DNA from: Candidatus Sulfobium sp.
GTDB lineage: Bacteria; Nitrospirota; Thermodesulfovibrionia; Thermodesulfovibrionales; UBA6898
Direction of reading: 5' to 3'
Length of the DNA: 60,696 nucleotides
Assembly (NCBI GenBank): GCA_037380845.1
Contig: JARRRI010000001.1
Coordinates: forward strand, 1 to 60,696
Positions 49,132 through 57,460 of this stretch are shown here, one piece after another; the stretch's first letter is position 1, and the number at the start of each line of letters is the position of its first letter. The notes under the pieces are model-generated. The model searched no databases, had not been told where the DNA came from, and was given only the letters and a program-made list of their open reading frames with translations. Made by a program: the position numbers and the translations under genes.

Positions 49132-50451
49132 TTACGTCGGGGCTACTGCCGCCAGATAACTTCGCCAGTCCTCAACAGCCCTCTCTGCTATCATCCTCTT
49201 CTTCTGCTTCTTGTCCCTTATCCTCCCGGTCCCGTCCGGAGTAGGAAACAAACCGAAATTGATGTTGCTTGGCTGGAAGTTCTTCTGACCGGACTCAGTG
49301 ATATGTCTTATCAATGCTCCGTGCGATGTTGAAGGCGGCACAGTAACCGGACCCCTCCCCTTCAGAACCAGGGAGGCGTTGATGCCGGCTATCAGCCCCA
49401 TCGCAGTCGATTCAATATACCCTTCCACTCCTGATATCTGGCCCGCCATGAATATGTTCGCCCTGCTCCTGAGTGTGAGGTCGCCGTTCAGAAAGAGCGG
49501 AGAGTTGATGAAGGTATTTCTGTGGATACTGCCGTACCGCAGGAACTCGGCATATTCGAGACCGGCGATCATTCCGAAGACCCTCTTCTGTTCAGGCCAT
49601 TTCAGCCGGGTCTGGAAGCCCACCATGTTATATGCAGTCATTTCCCTGTTTTCGGATCTGAGCTGGACAACCGCGTAGGGTTCCATTCCCGTCCTCGGGT
49701 CCGGGAGGCCGACCGGCTTCATCGGGCCAAACCTGGGCGTGTCGAAACCCCGCGACGCCATCACTTCTATGGGCATGCATCCCTCAAAGACCTTCTGTTC
49801 CTCGAACCCTCTCGGTGTTACTTTCCCGGCCTTCAGGACGGCATCATAAAAGGCCGCGTACTCTTCCTTCGACATCGGACAATTGAGATAGTCATCGCCT
49901 CCCTTGCCGTACCTCGACGCCTTGTAAATCTTGCCGTAATCCAGGGACTGGGCGTCAATGATGGGAGCAATCGCGTCGTAGAAATAGAGATGACCGGAGC
50001 CGACAACTTCAGTAAGTGCACGGGTCAAAGGCTCGGAAGTAAGGGGGCCCGTCGCGATAACCGCAGTGCTCTCCGGCAGCTCCGTAACTTCCTCCCTGAT
50101 TATCCTCACATTCGGCTCTTCCAAAAGCCTCCCGGAAATGAAAGAGGAAAAGATGTTCCGGTCTACCGCGAGCGCAGAACCGGCCGGTACCGACGATGCA
50201 CGCGCGGCCTCCATGACAAGGGAGCCCGCCATGGAAAGTTCTTTCTTCAGCAATCCGGGCGCGCTGCAAATATCTGCCGACCTCAGGGAATTCGAGCATA
50301 CCAGTTCTCCGAGCATTCCCGTCCTGTGTGCTTCGGTCGATTTGGCGGGCCTCATTTCATAAAGCAGGACTTTTATACCGCGCCGGGCAGCCTGCCACGC
50401 TGCCTCGGACCCCGCGAGACCTCCGCCCACAACTATCAATTCCTGCGTCAT
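49132..50451 (-). CDS. trmFO: FADH2-dependent tRNA m5U54 methyltransferase TrmFO
   Basis: GGGLAGSEAAWQ, ELVCSNS, YFYDAIAP, FGPMKPVGL and GQISGVEGY.ES. Confidence 0.97.
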   Translation of the reverse strand: MTQELIVVGGGLAGSEAAWQAARRGIKVLLYEMRPAKSTEAHRTGMLGELVCSNSLRSADICSAPGLLKKELSMAGSLVMEAARASSVPAGSALAVDRNIFSSFISGRLLEEPNVRIIREEVTELPESTAVIATGPLTSEPLTRALTEVVGSGHLYFYDAIAPIIDAQSLDYGKIYKASRYGKGGDDYLNCPMSKEEYAAFYDAVLKAGKVTPRGFEEQKVFEGCMPIEVMASRGFDTPRFGPMKPVGLPDPRTGMEPYAVVQLRSENREMTAYNMVGFQTRLKWPEQKRVFGMIAGLEYAEFLRYGSIHRNTFINSPLFLNGDLTLRSRANIFMAGQISGVEGYIESTAMGLIAGINASLVLKGRGPVTVPPSTSHGALIRHITESGQKNFQPSNINFGLFPTPDGTGRIRDKKQKKRMIAERAVEDWRSYLAAVAPT

Positions 50452-50626
50452 CCCTCATTATAACCCAACGGGACTTACCGGAATAAAACACAATCCTCGC
50501 GCAAAGCCGCAAAGCTCGCAAAAGAAAGACATCACATAATGACAATTTCTATTTAACCCGGCTTAATTACAACAAAATATCGTGTCCCTCCCGGTCGCAC
50601 CAACGCGGTGGGCTGCATCGGCCCTG

Positions 50627-51628
50627 TCAAACCCGCTTCACTGCTGAGAGTTCCAGGAGCGAGAACCAGCCTTCGGGGTCCGAGTGCCACCCCTCGATCC
50701 TCATGCCCGCATCTTCTGCCATGGCTGCGGCCGAGCTTGTGCTGAACTTCTTGCATACCTCGGTCCTGATAGTCTCTCCTTCATGGAGGTTGACCCAAAG
50801 ACCCAGGTCTCCGATTTCAACAAGGAGGCTGCACCTTGCCCGTAGATGCATCTCCACCCGCTCTTCATCTGCATTATAAAAGGCAAGATGTTCAAAACTG
50901 CCGGTGTCGAAATCAGCATTGAGTCTTCTGTTCATGACGTTCAGGATGTTTTTGTTAAACTTCGCGGTGACACCCCGGCTGTCGTTGTATGCCCCTTCCA
51001 GTATCTCCACCGGTTTTATCATGTCAATGCCCAGTATGAAGCGATCTTCGGCTTCCATTTGTCGGGCCATGCGCCCCAGAAACTCTATTCGCCTCTCCTC
51101 CGCAAAGTTCCCGATGGTGCTGCCGAAAAAAAGGAACAATCTTTTCCTTCTCCGCGGCAGCAGTTCCAGGTGTTTAGTAAAATCTGCGACTATTCCCGCC
51201 ACCCTGAGCTCCGGATAAGTCCTGCACAGTTCCTTTGCCGACTCCAGGAGTGCGGCCTCGCTCACATCGACAGGTATATAGCATATGTCGGCCCCCGGAG
51301 AGTCGAAGGCAGCATCAAGGAGCGTTCTTATCTTCAAGTCTTCCCCGGAACCCAATTCTATAATGTCCGCCTCCCGGTAATTCTGAATGATGCTGCCCGC
51401 ACAGCCCTTCAGGATGGCAAGCTCCGTCCTGGTCTGATAATACTCCGGCAGGCGACAGATCTCCCTGAAAAGCTCAGACCCCCTGGCATCATAGAAATAT
51501 TTGCTCGGAAGCGATTTCTGTTCGGCGGTCAATCCTTTCCGAATTTCTCCCCTGATTTCATCCTCCATGGCGTCACTCAACAGCTTCGTGACTTCTATAC
51601 GATCGGTAACAGAAGTTATGTTCGTCAT
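50627..51628 (-). CDS. egtD: L-histidine N-alpha-methyltransferase (EgtD/EanA family; hercynine synthase)
   Basis: KSLPSKYFYDARGSELF..IC.LPEYY.TRTE, ELGSG, FFGSTIGNF, AYND..GVTA.FN.N.L, VEMHL and E.I.TE...KF. Confidence 0.93.
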   Translation of the reverse strand: MTNITSVTDRIEVTKLLSDAMEDEIRGEIRKGLTAEQKSLPSKYFYDARGSELFREICRLPEYYQTRTELAILKGCAGSIIQNYREADIIELGSGEDLKIRTLLDAAFDSPGADICYIPVDVSEAALLESAKELCRTYPELRVAGIVADFTKHLELLPRRRKRLFLFFGSTIGNFAEERRIEFLGRMARQMEAEDRFILGIDMIKPVEILEGAYNDSRGVTAKFNKNILNVMNRRLNADFDTGSFEHLAFYNADEERVEMHLRARCSLLVEIGDLGLWVNLHEGETIRTEVCKKFSTSSAAAMAEDAGMRIEGWHSDPEGWFSLLELSAVKRV

Positions 51629-51658
51629 TTTCCACCCTGCAAAGGAATCATGTTGTCA

Positions 51659-53857
51659 CTATAAGACTTTTTCGGTGTCCCTTTTGTGCCGTTTTGACGT
51701 CCTGACTACGTCGCACATCAGGGCCTTGTAAACGGGAAAGCCGGAGATGGGGTCAAACCGGTCGAGGTCCGTCAGTTCGTTTATATTGCATTCCTGCCAT
51801 GCCTCAGGTCCCACCGGCCCGCCCCCTCCCATATTCGCGTCCACAGTCCCGCGCACGATATTATCCGTTACCAGGGCCCGCATCACAACCTGCCCCCTAA
51901 GCGTCTTTACGTGGACCCGCTCGCCGTCCTTAATTCTCCTGGCCCGCGCGTCATGGATATTTATGGTAACTGTCGGTTCCGGCCTTTCTCTCACCAGGGA
52001 CGGCACACCGTGATGCTGCGAACGAAAATCGGTCGTCACCCTGGAACCGGAATTGAATATGAGAGGAAATTCCTTTAGGAGTTCGGGCTGCGATAACGGC
52101 CCTTCTCCCGGTTCGGTATAGACCGGGAGGGGATTGTAGCCGTATTTCTTCAAGATTGTGGATGAGATCTCGAATTTCCCCGTGGGCGTGTCGAAACCGG
52201 GGCTTCCGTCGGGCCGCAGAAGCCCTTTTTCCCATTTCCTGTACTGCATCTTTATGTGTGGCACTCTCACGGTGCCTCCGGCGGCACGCACGTCTTCGAG
52301 AGAAAAACCGGAGCCTTTGAGTACGTGCCTGAGAAGCTCCTCCTCGTTCTGGGGATACAGGTGCCCGTAACCGAGCCTCTTTGCAAGTTCTGCCGCAATA
52401 AAGAAATCGCTTCTCGCCTCTCCCACCGGATCGACAAGGCGTTCCCTTAACCGGAAATAGGGGCCCTGTTTCATGTAGGACTCTATTTCATACATGGTAG
52501 TGCCCGGCAGTACAATGTCGGCATAGGCCGAGTCGGCCGTCAGCTGCCGGTCTATGCAGACGAGAAGATCGAGGGCATTGAAGGTCTTTCTCCAGATTTC
52601 CGGGCGCGGCCACGAGGTTATGATGGAAGCACCCATTATGATCAGTGAACGCACGGGATAAGGCTTCGCATTGAGCACTGCTTCCGGCAGGGCCATGGGG
52701 TGAGCTTCGCGGCGATAAAGACTATAGACCGGAAAGCGGTCACGACCCAGGGCGCCGGAGATGTCCGGATTGGCCACCAGCGCCTCCCTGTTGATCGGGA
52801 ACTCGCTCCCCTTCATCTTGAGGCAACTCCCGCCGGGGACGTCGAGCTGGCCGGAAAGGGCCCAGAGCGCCAAAGTGGAACGTATGGCCTGGACCCCGCT
52901 GTCGCTGTATTCGAGGCCGGTATACATGATTGGAGACGCTCCCTTCGCTTCCGCGATGCGCCGGGCAAGCGATATTATGGTCTCGGCCGGAACGCCTGTT
53001 ATTCCCTCCACCGCTGAAGGCGTGTAATTCCGGACGTACCCGGCAAACTCATCGAATCCGTATGTCCAGTCCTCGACAAACGACTTGTCGTAAATTCCCT
53101 CACTGATAAGGACGTGGCACATGCTTAGAGCGAGTGCTCCGTCCGTGCCGCAGCGGACCGGTATCCATTGCGCGCCCTTGATCCTGGCCGTCATGGTCCT
53201 GTTCGGATCGATGACCACAATTTGAGCCCCGCGCGTCTGTGCCTTCATGATCCTGCGGAAATTCCGGGGAGGCGAATCGGTGGCCGGATTCGCTCCCCAG
53301 ATGACAATCAATTCAGCCTGCTCGACGTCGGAAAACATGTTGACGAGCATGCTGCCCATCGTAACATGCGGGGCTATCATTGCAAAGGAAACATAACAGA
53401 GTGAACCCGCCCCCAACGTGTTGGGAGAGCCGAACGGGAATAACACGCTGGAGGCCGACGAGACGGCAACGCCCCTGGGCTGATAGACATCACACATGGC
53501 ACGCTCAAACGCCCCCCTTCCCGTGTAGATCGCGTTTGCCCGGGCTCCGTGCTCCTCCTTTATCTTCCTGAGGTTTTGAGTAATGTCTTCATATGCCTCG
53601 TCCCACGAAATCCGCTCGAATTCATACGTCCCTTTCGGGCCCTTACGGCGCATGGGATGTTTGAGACGATGTTCGTTGTATACAATGTCGGCGGAATGCT
53701 CACCGAGTTTACAGATTATCCCGTATTCGGACCCCTCGTCAGGCCTGACATTTTCAAGCCTGCCTTCTTCGTCATAGGTGACCCTTACCCAGCACCCCGC
53801 CGGACAGATGCCGCACAAGCCGCGCCTTTCTCTTCCGGTCATACTCATCCTCGTCAT
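51659..53857 (-). CDS. Mo/W-bisPGD oxidoreductase, putative single-module metallopterin-dependent ergothioneine synthase (MES-like)
   Basis: N-terminal [4Fe-4S] motif CGICPAGC...CKLG, SLCY metal-ligand Cys, WGANP, ADIVLP and FRSQHH, plus a C-terminal molydop-binding domain. No Tat signal. Lies 30 bp upstream of egtD. Confidence 0.8.
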   Translation of the reverse strand: MTRMSMTGRERRGLCGICPAGCWVRVTYDEEGRLENVRPDEGSEYGIICKLGEHSADIVYNEHRLKHPMRRKGPKGTYEFERISWDEAYEDITQNLRKIKEEHGARANAIYTGRGAFERAMCDVYQPRGVAVSSASSVLFPFGSPNTLGAGSLCYVSFAMIAPHVTMGSMLVNMFSDVEQAELIVIWGANPATDSPPRNFRRIMKAQTRGAQIVVIDPNRTMTARIKGAQWIPVRCGTDGALALSMCHVLISEGIYDKSFVEDWTYGFDEFAGYVRNYTPSAVEGITGVPAETIISLARRIAEAKGASPIMYTGLEYSDSGVQAIRSTLALWALSGQLDVPGGSCLKMKGSEFPINREALVANPDISGALGRDRFPVYSLYRREAHPMALPEAVLNAKPYPVRSLIIMGASIITSWPRPEIWRKTFNALDLLVCIDRQLTADSAYADIVLPGTTMYEIESYMKQGPYFRLRERLVDPVGEARSDFFIAAELAKRLGYGHLYPQNEEELLRHVLKGSGFSLEDVRAAGGTVRVPHIKMQYRKWEKGLLRPDGSPGFDTPTGKFEISSTILKKYGYNPLPVYTEPGEGPLSQPELLKEFPLIFNSGSRVTTDFRSQHHGVPSLVRERPEPTVTINIHDARARRIKDGERVHVKTLRGQVVMRALVTDNIVRGTVDANMGGGGPVGPEAWQECNINELTDLDRFDPISGFPVYKALMCDVVRTSKRHKRDTEKVL

Positions 53858-53862
53858 TCAAC

Positions 53863-54321
53863 TTATTCTATAACCAGATCGTCCTCAATTTTGATGCATC
53901 CTATCACGCTCTGGGCCGCCGGACAGAGGTGGAGATAGGACGAAAAGGCTTCCCGGGCCGGGCCTGTCTGTTCTTCCGAAGCCTTCAGGCGATATACAAC
54001 CCGTATCCTGGTGATCTTCAATACGTTGTCTGCGCTTTCAATGTCGCCTTCCACCTCGGCCCTGTACCGGTCTGCGGTAGTAAGGATCTTCTTTCCGGCC
54101 AACACGGTGGCCAGTGTGCCCATCATTCAGGCTCCTGTTGCCGCCACGATGTGGTCAAGTGTGGCCGCGTGCTCCTTCGCCGGTTCCACCTTGTAAAATT
54201 CCTTTATGCCTCCGTGGACACCATAATAGACCGGCTCGCCGAACCCCCCGATCACCGCTCTCCTGGTCGGACCTTCCTCCCTTACGATAGTAATATGTGA
54301 CGTGTGGACTATTTCTCCCAT
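53863..54321 (-). CDS. OsmC/Ohr-like selenoprotein (UGA at 54127-54129 read as Sec; 152 aa)
   Basis: ORFs 54127-54321 and 53863-54126 are in frame and separated only by TGA, in ...DHIVAATGA-U-MMGTL..., the OsmC first-Cys position. The second motif CPAAQSV is present. Confidence 0.85.
54095..54114 (-). promoter_or_regulatory. Candidate bacterial SECIS hairpin
   Basis: mRNA UGA-12 nt-CUGGCCA-CCGUGU-UGGCCGG: 7-bp stem with a GU-containing apical loop. Confidence 0.6.
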
Positions 54322-54699
54322 GTTATCCCTTCCTATTCTCCCTTAAAGATATACGATCCCGGCCTCATCTTTTCTTTATGTCCTTTTTGTAATACCTAAA
54401 TGTTCTCACATTCCCGCCCGTCTGGCAAACGTGTCCCCAATCCGGCGGCAGGCAAGCCGGAATGACTCACGGGGCCCATGACGATATTTCGATCTGAAGG
54501 CCGGCCTTAATGTCTTTAATTGCCTCAGTGACAGAGAAGCGACAACCGGCCATCAGGGGACGGTCATACTACCACTTCAGAGCGGGGGAGTTTCATTTCT
54601 GGATATGCGGAAATTTGCACTGTTACCCGGAAATATGAAATTGGCCGGTAATCAGGGATGACAACGGCTTGGGACCACCGGTGTCGATGCCGGCAGAAC

Positions 54700-55143
54700 T
54701 CACTTTTTCATACGGCCTTTTTTCCCCAGGCGCATATTCACCTCACGCTTGCCGGTTCTACGGAGGGAGACGATACCTTTGATTTCTTCTTCCGTCGGAC
54801 GCGCCAGTCCGCTCTCCCATTTCCCCACCGTGCGACCGGAGACGCCGATGAGCCTGCCACATTCCGTTTTGGAAAGCCCCAACTTTTTTCGCAGTGACTG
54901 CAGACCTTTGGCAGAAAACCTGTGACCTCCCGCCTCGTATTGACCAGCTGCCGGAGGAACTGACGATACTTGTTTCCGCAGCGCTGAGACCTCGCGCTCC
55001 ACCTCCTTCAGACGGGAACTGAGGTCGGCAATAGTCTTTCGATAACGGGACGATGCCTTCCTCAGTGCCTCTGTTTCCGATCGCACCTGCTTTCTGGCCG
55101 TACGCTCGACGGTTTCCCTGAGGAGTCTTGCAATACCGTTCAT
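54700..55143 (-). CDS. Coiled-coil + XRE-type HTH DNA-binding protein
   Basis: RFSAKGLQSLRKKLGLSKTECGRLIGVSGRTVGKWESG...P; SD GGAGG before ATG 55143. Confidence 0.85.
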   Translation of the reverse strand: MNGIARLLRETVERTARKQVRSETEALRKASSRYRKTIADLSSRLKEVEREVSALRKQVSSVPPAAGQYEAGGHRFSAKGLQSLRKKLGLSKTECGRLIGVSGRTVGKWESGLARPTEEEIKGIVSLRRTGKREVNMRLGKKGRMKK

Positions 55144-55437
55144 GAAGAGCCTCCATTTTGTCGCGAATTTGAAAGTTATTATCGCGTCTCCGGCGTCTTT
55201 CGTCAAGAAGTGCGGCAATTTTTGACTGACGGAGTGATTTCCTTCAGTGCCTTCACGGACGTTCTCCGGCCGAACACTTATTGCCCATCCCGTCGAAAAG
55301 GGGCACCTGAACAGATGGGATTAAACGGCACGCCGGTGGAAAAAGTGCCTGCTGTCACCGCTGATTCGTGCTAACTTATTAAGAAAGGCGTTGCAGGAAT
55401 CTTGGAGCATAAGGATACCCTGGGTGACACGGATTAT

Positions 55438-56493
55438 ATGACGGTAAAAAAACTTCTTCTTGCATGTATCACGCTGATTTTGATGGTTTGCGGCGTCCGT
55501 GCCGGTGAATACCGGGACGTGACACCGGGCTACAAACTCGAATTCCCCGCTGATTTTTATTACAGGAAGGACTTCAGACTTCAGTGGTGGTATTTTACAG
55601 GACACCTCAGCGATCAAAGAGGGAATGAATACGGCTACGAAGTCACCTTTTTTGTAGCAGGTGTTCAGAAAAGGAAATACAAATCACGCTTCGGCGTAGA
55701 TAACATCTATATTTCACATTTCGCCATTTCCGACGTAACCAACAATAAATTCCGTTCTGAGGAAAAGGCCGACTCCGGCGCTTACGGTTTTGCCGGAGCG
55801 GAGGCCGACAACCTTAGGGTCTGGGTCGGAGATAACACTCTTGAGGGCACCATGAAAAAGATGCATCTCGCCGCCCGTTCGGGATGCGATTCCATCGATC
55901 TGTTTCTCACCCCCTCCAAGCCTCTCATACTTAATGGGGAAAACGGCTATTCCAGAAAATCCGCCGAGTCCCCCCTCATAGCTTCCTATTATTTCTCCTA
56001 TCCTGAGATGGCCACTGAAGGGAGCCTGTCTCTCGGCGGGAACACCCACCGGGTGGCTGGAGAGAGCTGGTTTGACAGGGAAATGTCTTCTAGGAGTCTT
56101 GCAAAGAATGAGGCCGGCTGGGACTGGTTTTCTATTCAGCTCGACGACGGTCGCGAAATAATGCTTTACCTGCTCCGCCGGAAGGACGGCTCGCTCGATC
56201 CCTTTTCAGCGGGGACATTCGTCTTCAGGAATGGTGACTACGCCCATCTTTCAGTAAACGACTTCAGGGTCGCCGCTCTCGACCATTACCGCTCCGCAAA
56301 GACCGGCATCCGTTATCCCTCAAAGTGGGAGATAGTAATCCCAGACCGGAACGTCAGACTGGTCATCACTCCCCTTATAAAAGACCAGGAATTGACGGGA
56401 TCGCCCACCACGGGACCGGCCTACTGGGAGGGGACCTGCAAAGTCGAAGGAACTGAAAAGGGACGTGCTTATGTCGAATTGACGGGATACTGA
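55438..56493 (+). CDS. AttH/CrtC-like lipocalin-fold secreted protein
   Basis: WWYFTGHL, SYYFSYP, WFDREMSS, GWDWFSIQLDDG, YWEG and YVELTGY. Confidence 0.88.
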   Translation: MTVKKLLLACITLILMVCGVRAGEYRDVTPGYKLEFPADFYYRKDFRLQWWYFTGHLSDQRGNEYGYEVTFFVAGVQKRKYKSRFGVDNIYISHFAISDVTNNKFRSEEKADSGAYGFAGAEADNLRVWVGDNTLEGTMKKMHLAARSGCDSIDLFLTPSKPLILNGENGYSRKSAESPLIASYYFSYPEMATEGSLSLGGNTHRVAGESWFDREMSSRSLAKNEAGWDWFSIQLDDGREIMLYLLRRKDGSLDPFSAGTFVFRNGDYAHLSVNDFRVAALDHYRSAKTGIRYPSKWEIVIPDRNVRLVITPLIKDQELTGSPTTGPAYWEGTCKVEGTEKGRAYVELTGY

Positions 56494-56603
56494 ACAAAGA
56501 GACGCATGGCGCAAAGGGCACAGCAAACGGAGCAAAGCAAAACGCATAGGGCATAGCGCACGGCGCATGGAGCTGAAAGCCTGGATCAAAGGACTTGGAG
56601 ACA

Positions 56604-57263
56604 ATGATAGAACTTAAAGATGTCGAGAAATATTATGCCGCCACACACGTTTTGAGGGGAGTGAACCTCATCGTGGAAGACGGCGATTTCATGGCGGTCA
56701 GCGGAAGCTCCGGTTCCGGTAAGTCGACTCTCCTCAACCTCATCGGCGGCATGGACAGGCCGGAGAGAGGAACGATAGAGGTCGGTGGGGAGATGATCTC
56801 CTCCTACGCCGACGAACATTTGACGCGATACAGAAGGGAGAAGATCGGCTTCATCTTCCAGTTCTTTAACCTCCTCCCCAATCTGACCGTATTCGAAAAT
56901 ATTGAGATGCCCTTGCTTCTCAAAGGCGGGGAGAATAATGAAAATGTCAGGTCGTTCATCCTCCGCGTCGGGCTGGAGGGGAAGGAGCAGAGATATCCCT
57001 ACCAGCTTTCAGGAGGCGAACAGCAGAGGGTGGCCATCGCCCGGGCCCTGGTCCATGATCCCGAACTCATTCTGGCCGACGAACCAACGGGCAGCCTGGA
57101 CAGCAGGACGGGTCATATGATCATGGAGCTGATAGGACAGCTCGCCGAAGAAACGAACAAGACTGTTATTCTTGTCACGCACGAACAAAATATAGCAGCC
57201 TTTGCCCGCAGGAATGTAGAACTCAAAGACGGTGTCGTAAGCCCTTTGATTCTGGAGGGCTGA
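56604..57263 (+). CDS. ABC transporter ATP-binding protein (LolD/MacB-type)
   Basis: [24 protein letters not shown] and LADEPTG. Confidence 0.95.
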   Translation: MIELKDVEKYYAATHVLRGVNLIVEDGDFMAVSGSSGSGKSTLLNLIGGMDRPERGTIEVGGEMISSYADEHLTRYRREKIGFIFQFFNLLPNLTVFENIEMPLLLKGGENNENVRSFILRVGLEGKEQRYPYQLSGGEQQRVAIARALVHDPELILADEPTGSLDSRTGHMIMELIGQLAEETNKTVILVTHEQNIAAFARRNVELKDGVVSPLILEG

Positions 57264-57460
57264 GCCGCACTTCCTTTGAAGGGGGAAACGTATGGACAAC
57301 GACTCATATGAGCCGCTCGATGTTGAAGTTGAGTTTTTCCTAAATCGAAATTGATATCAGCCGGCTCTATGGATATCTTCCCGAACTGCCAGGGAGTAGA
57401 GATAGAATCGAAAAACAGGGATTCCCATAAAGTCGCGCTGAGCGCTGGACGGAAGGACTG

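Noticed and set aside
50580..50630. attC-like sequence after egtD
   Set aside because: Only a partial resemblance (GCCGATGCAGCCCACC), without matching R boxes.
51629..51661. Read-through of the MES-like TAG into a desulfurase domain
   Set aside because: egtD starts 30 bp later; no PLP-enzyme sequence is present.
54127..54129. Treating the OsmC-like gene as a pseudogene or two ORFs
   Set aside because: The stop is UGA exactly at the conserved Cys position, with a SECIS-like hairpin and no other lesions; selenocysteine is more parsimonious.
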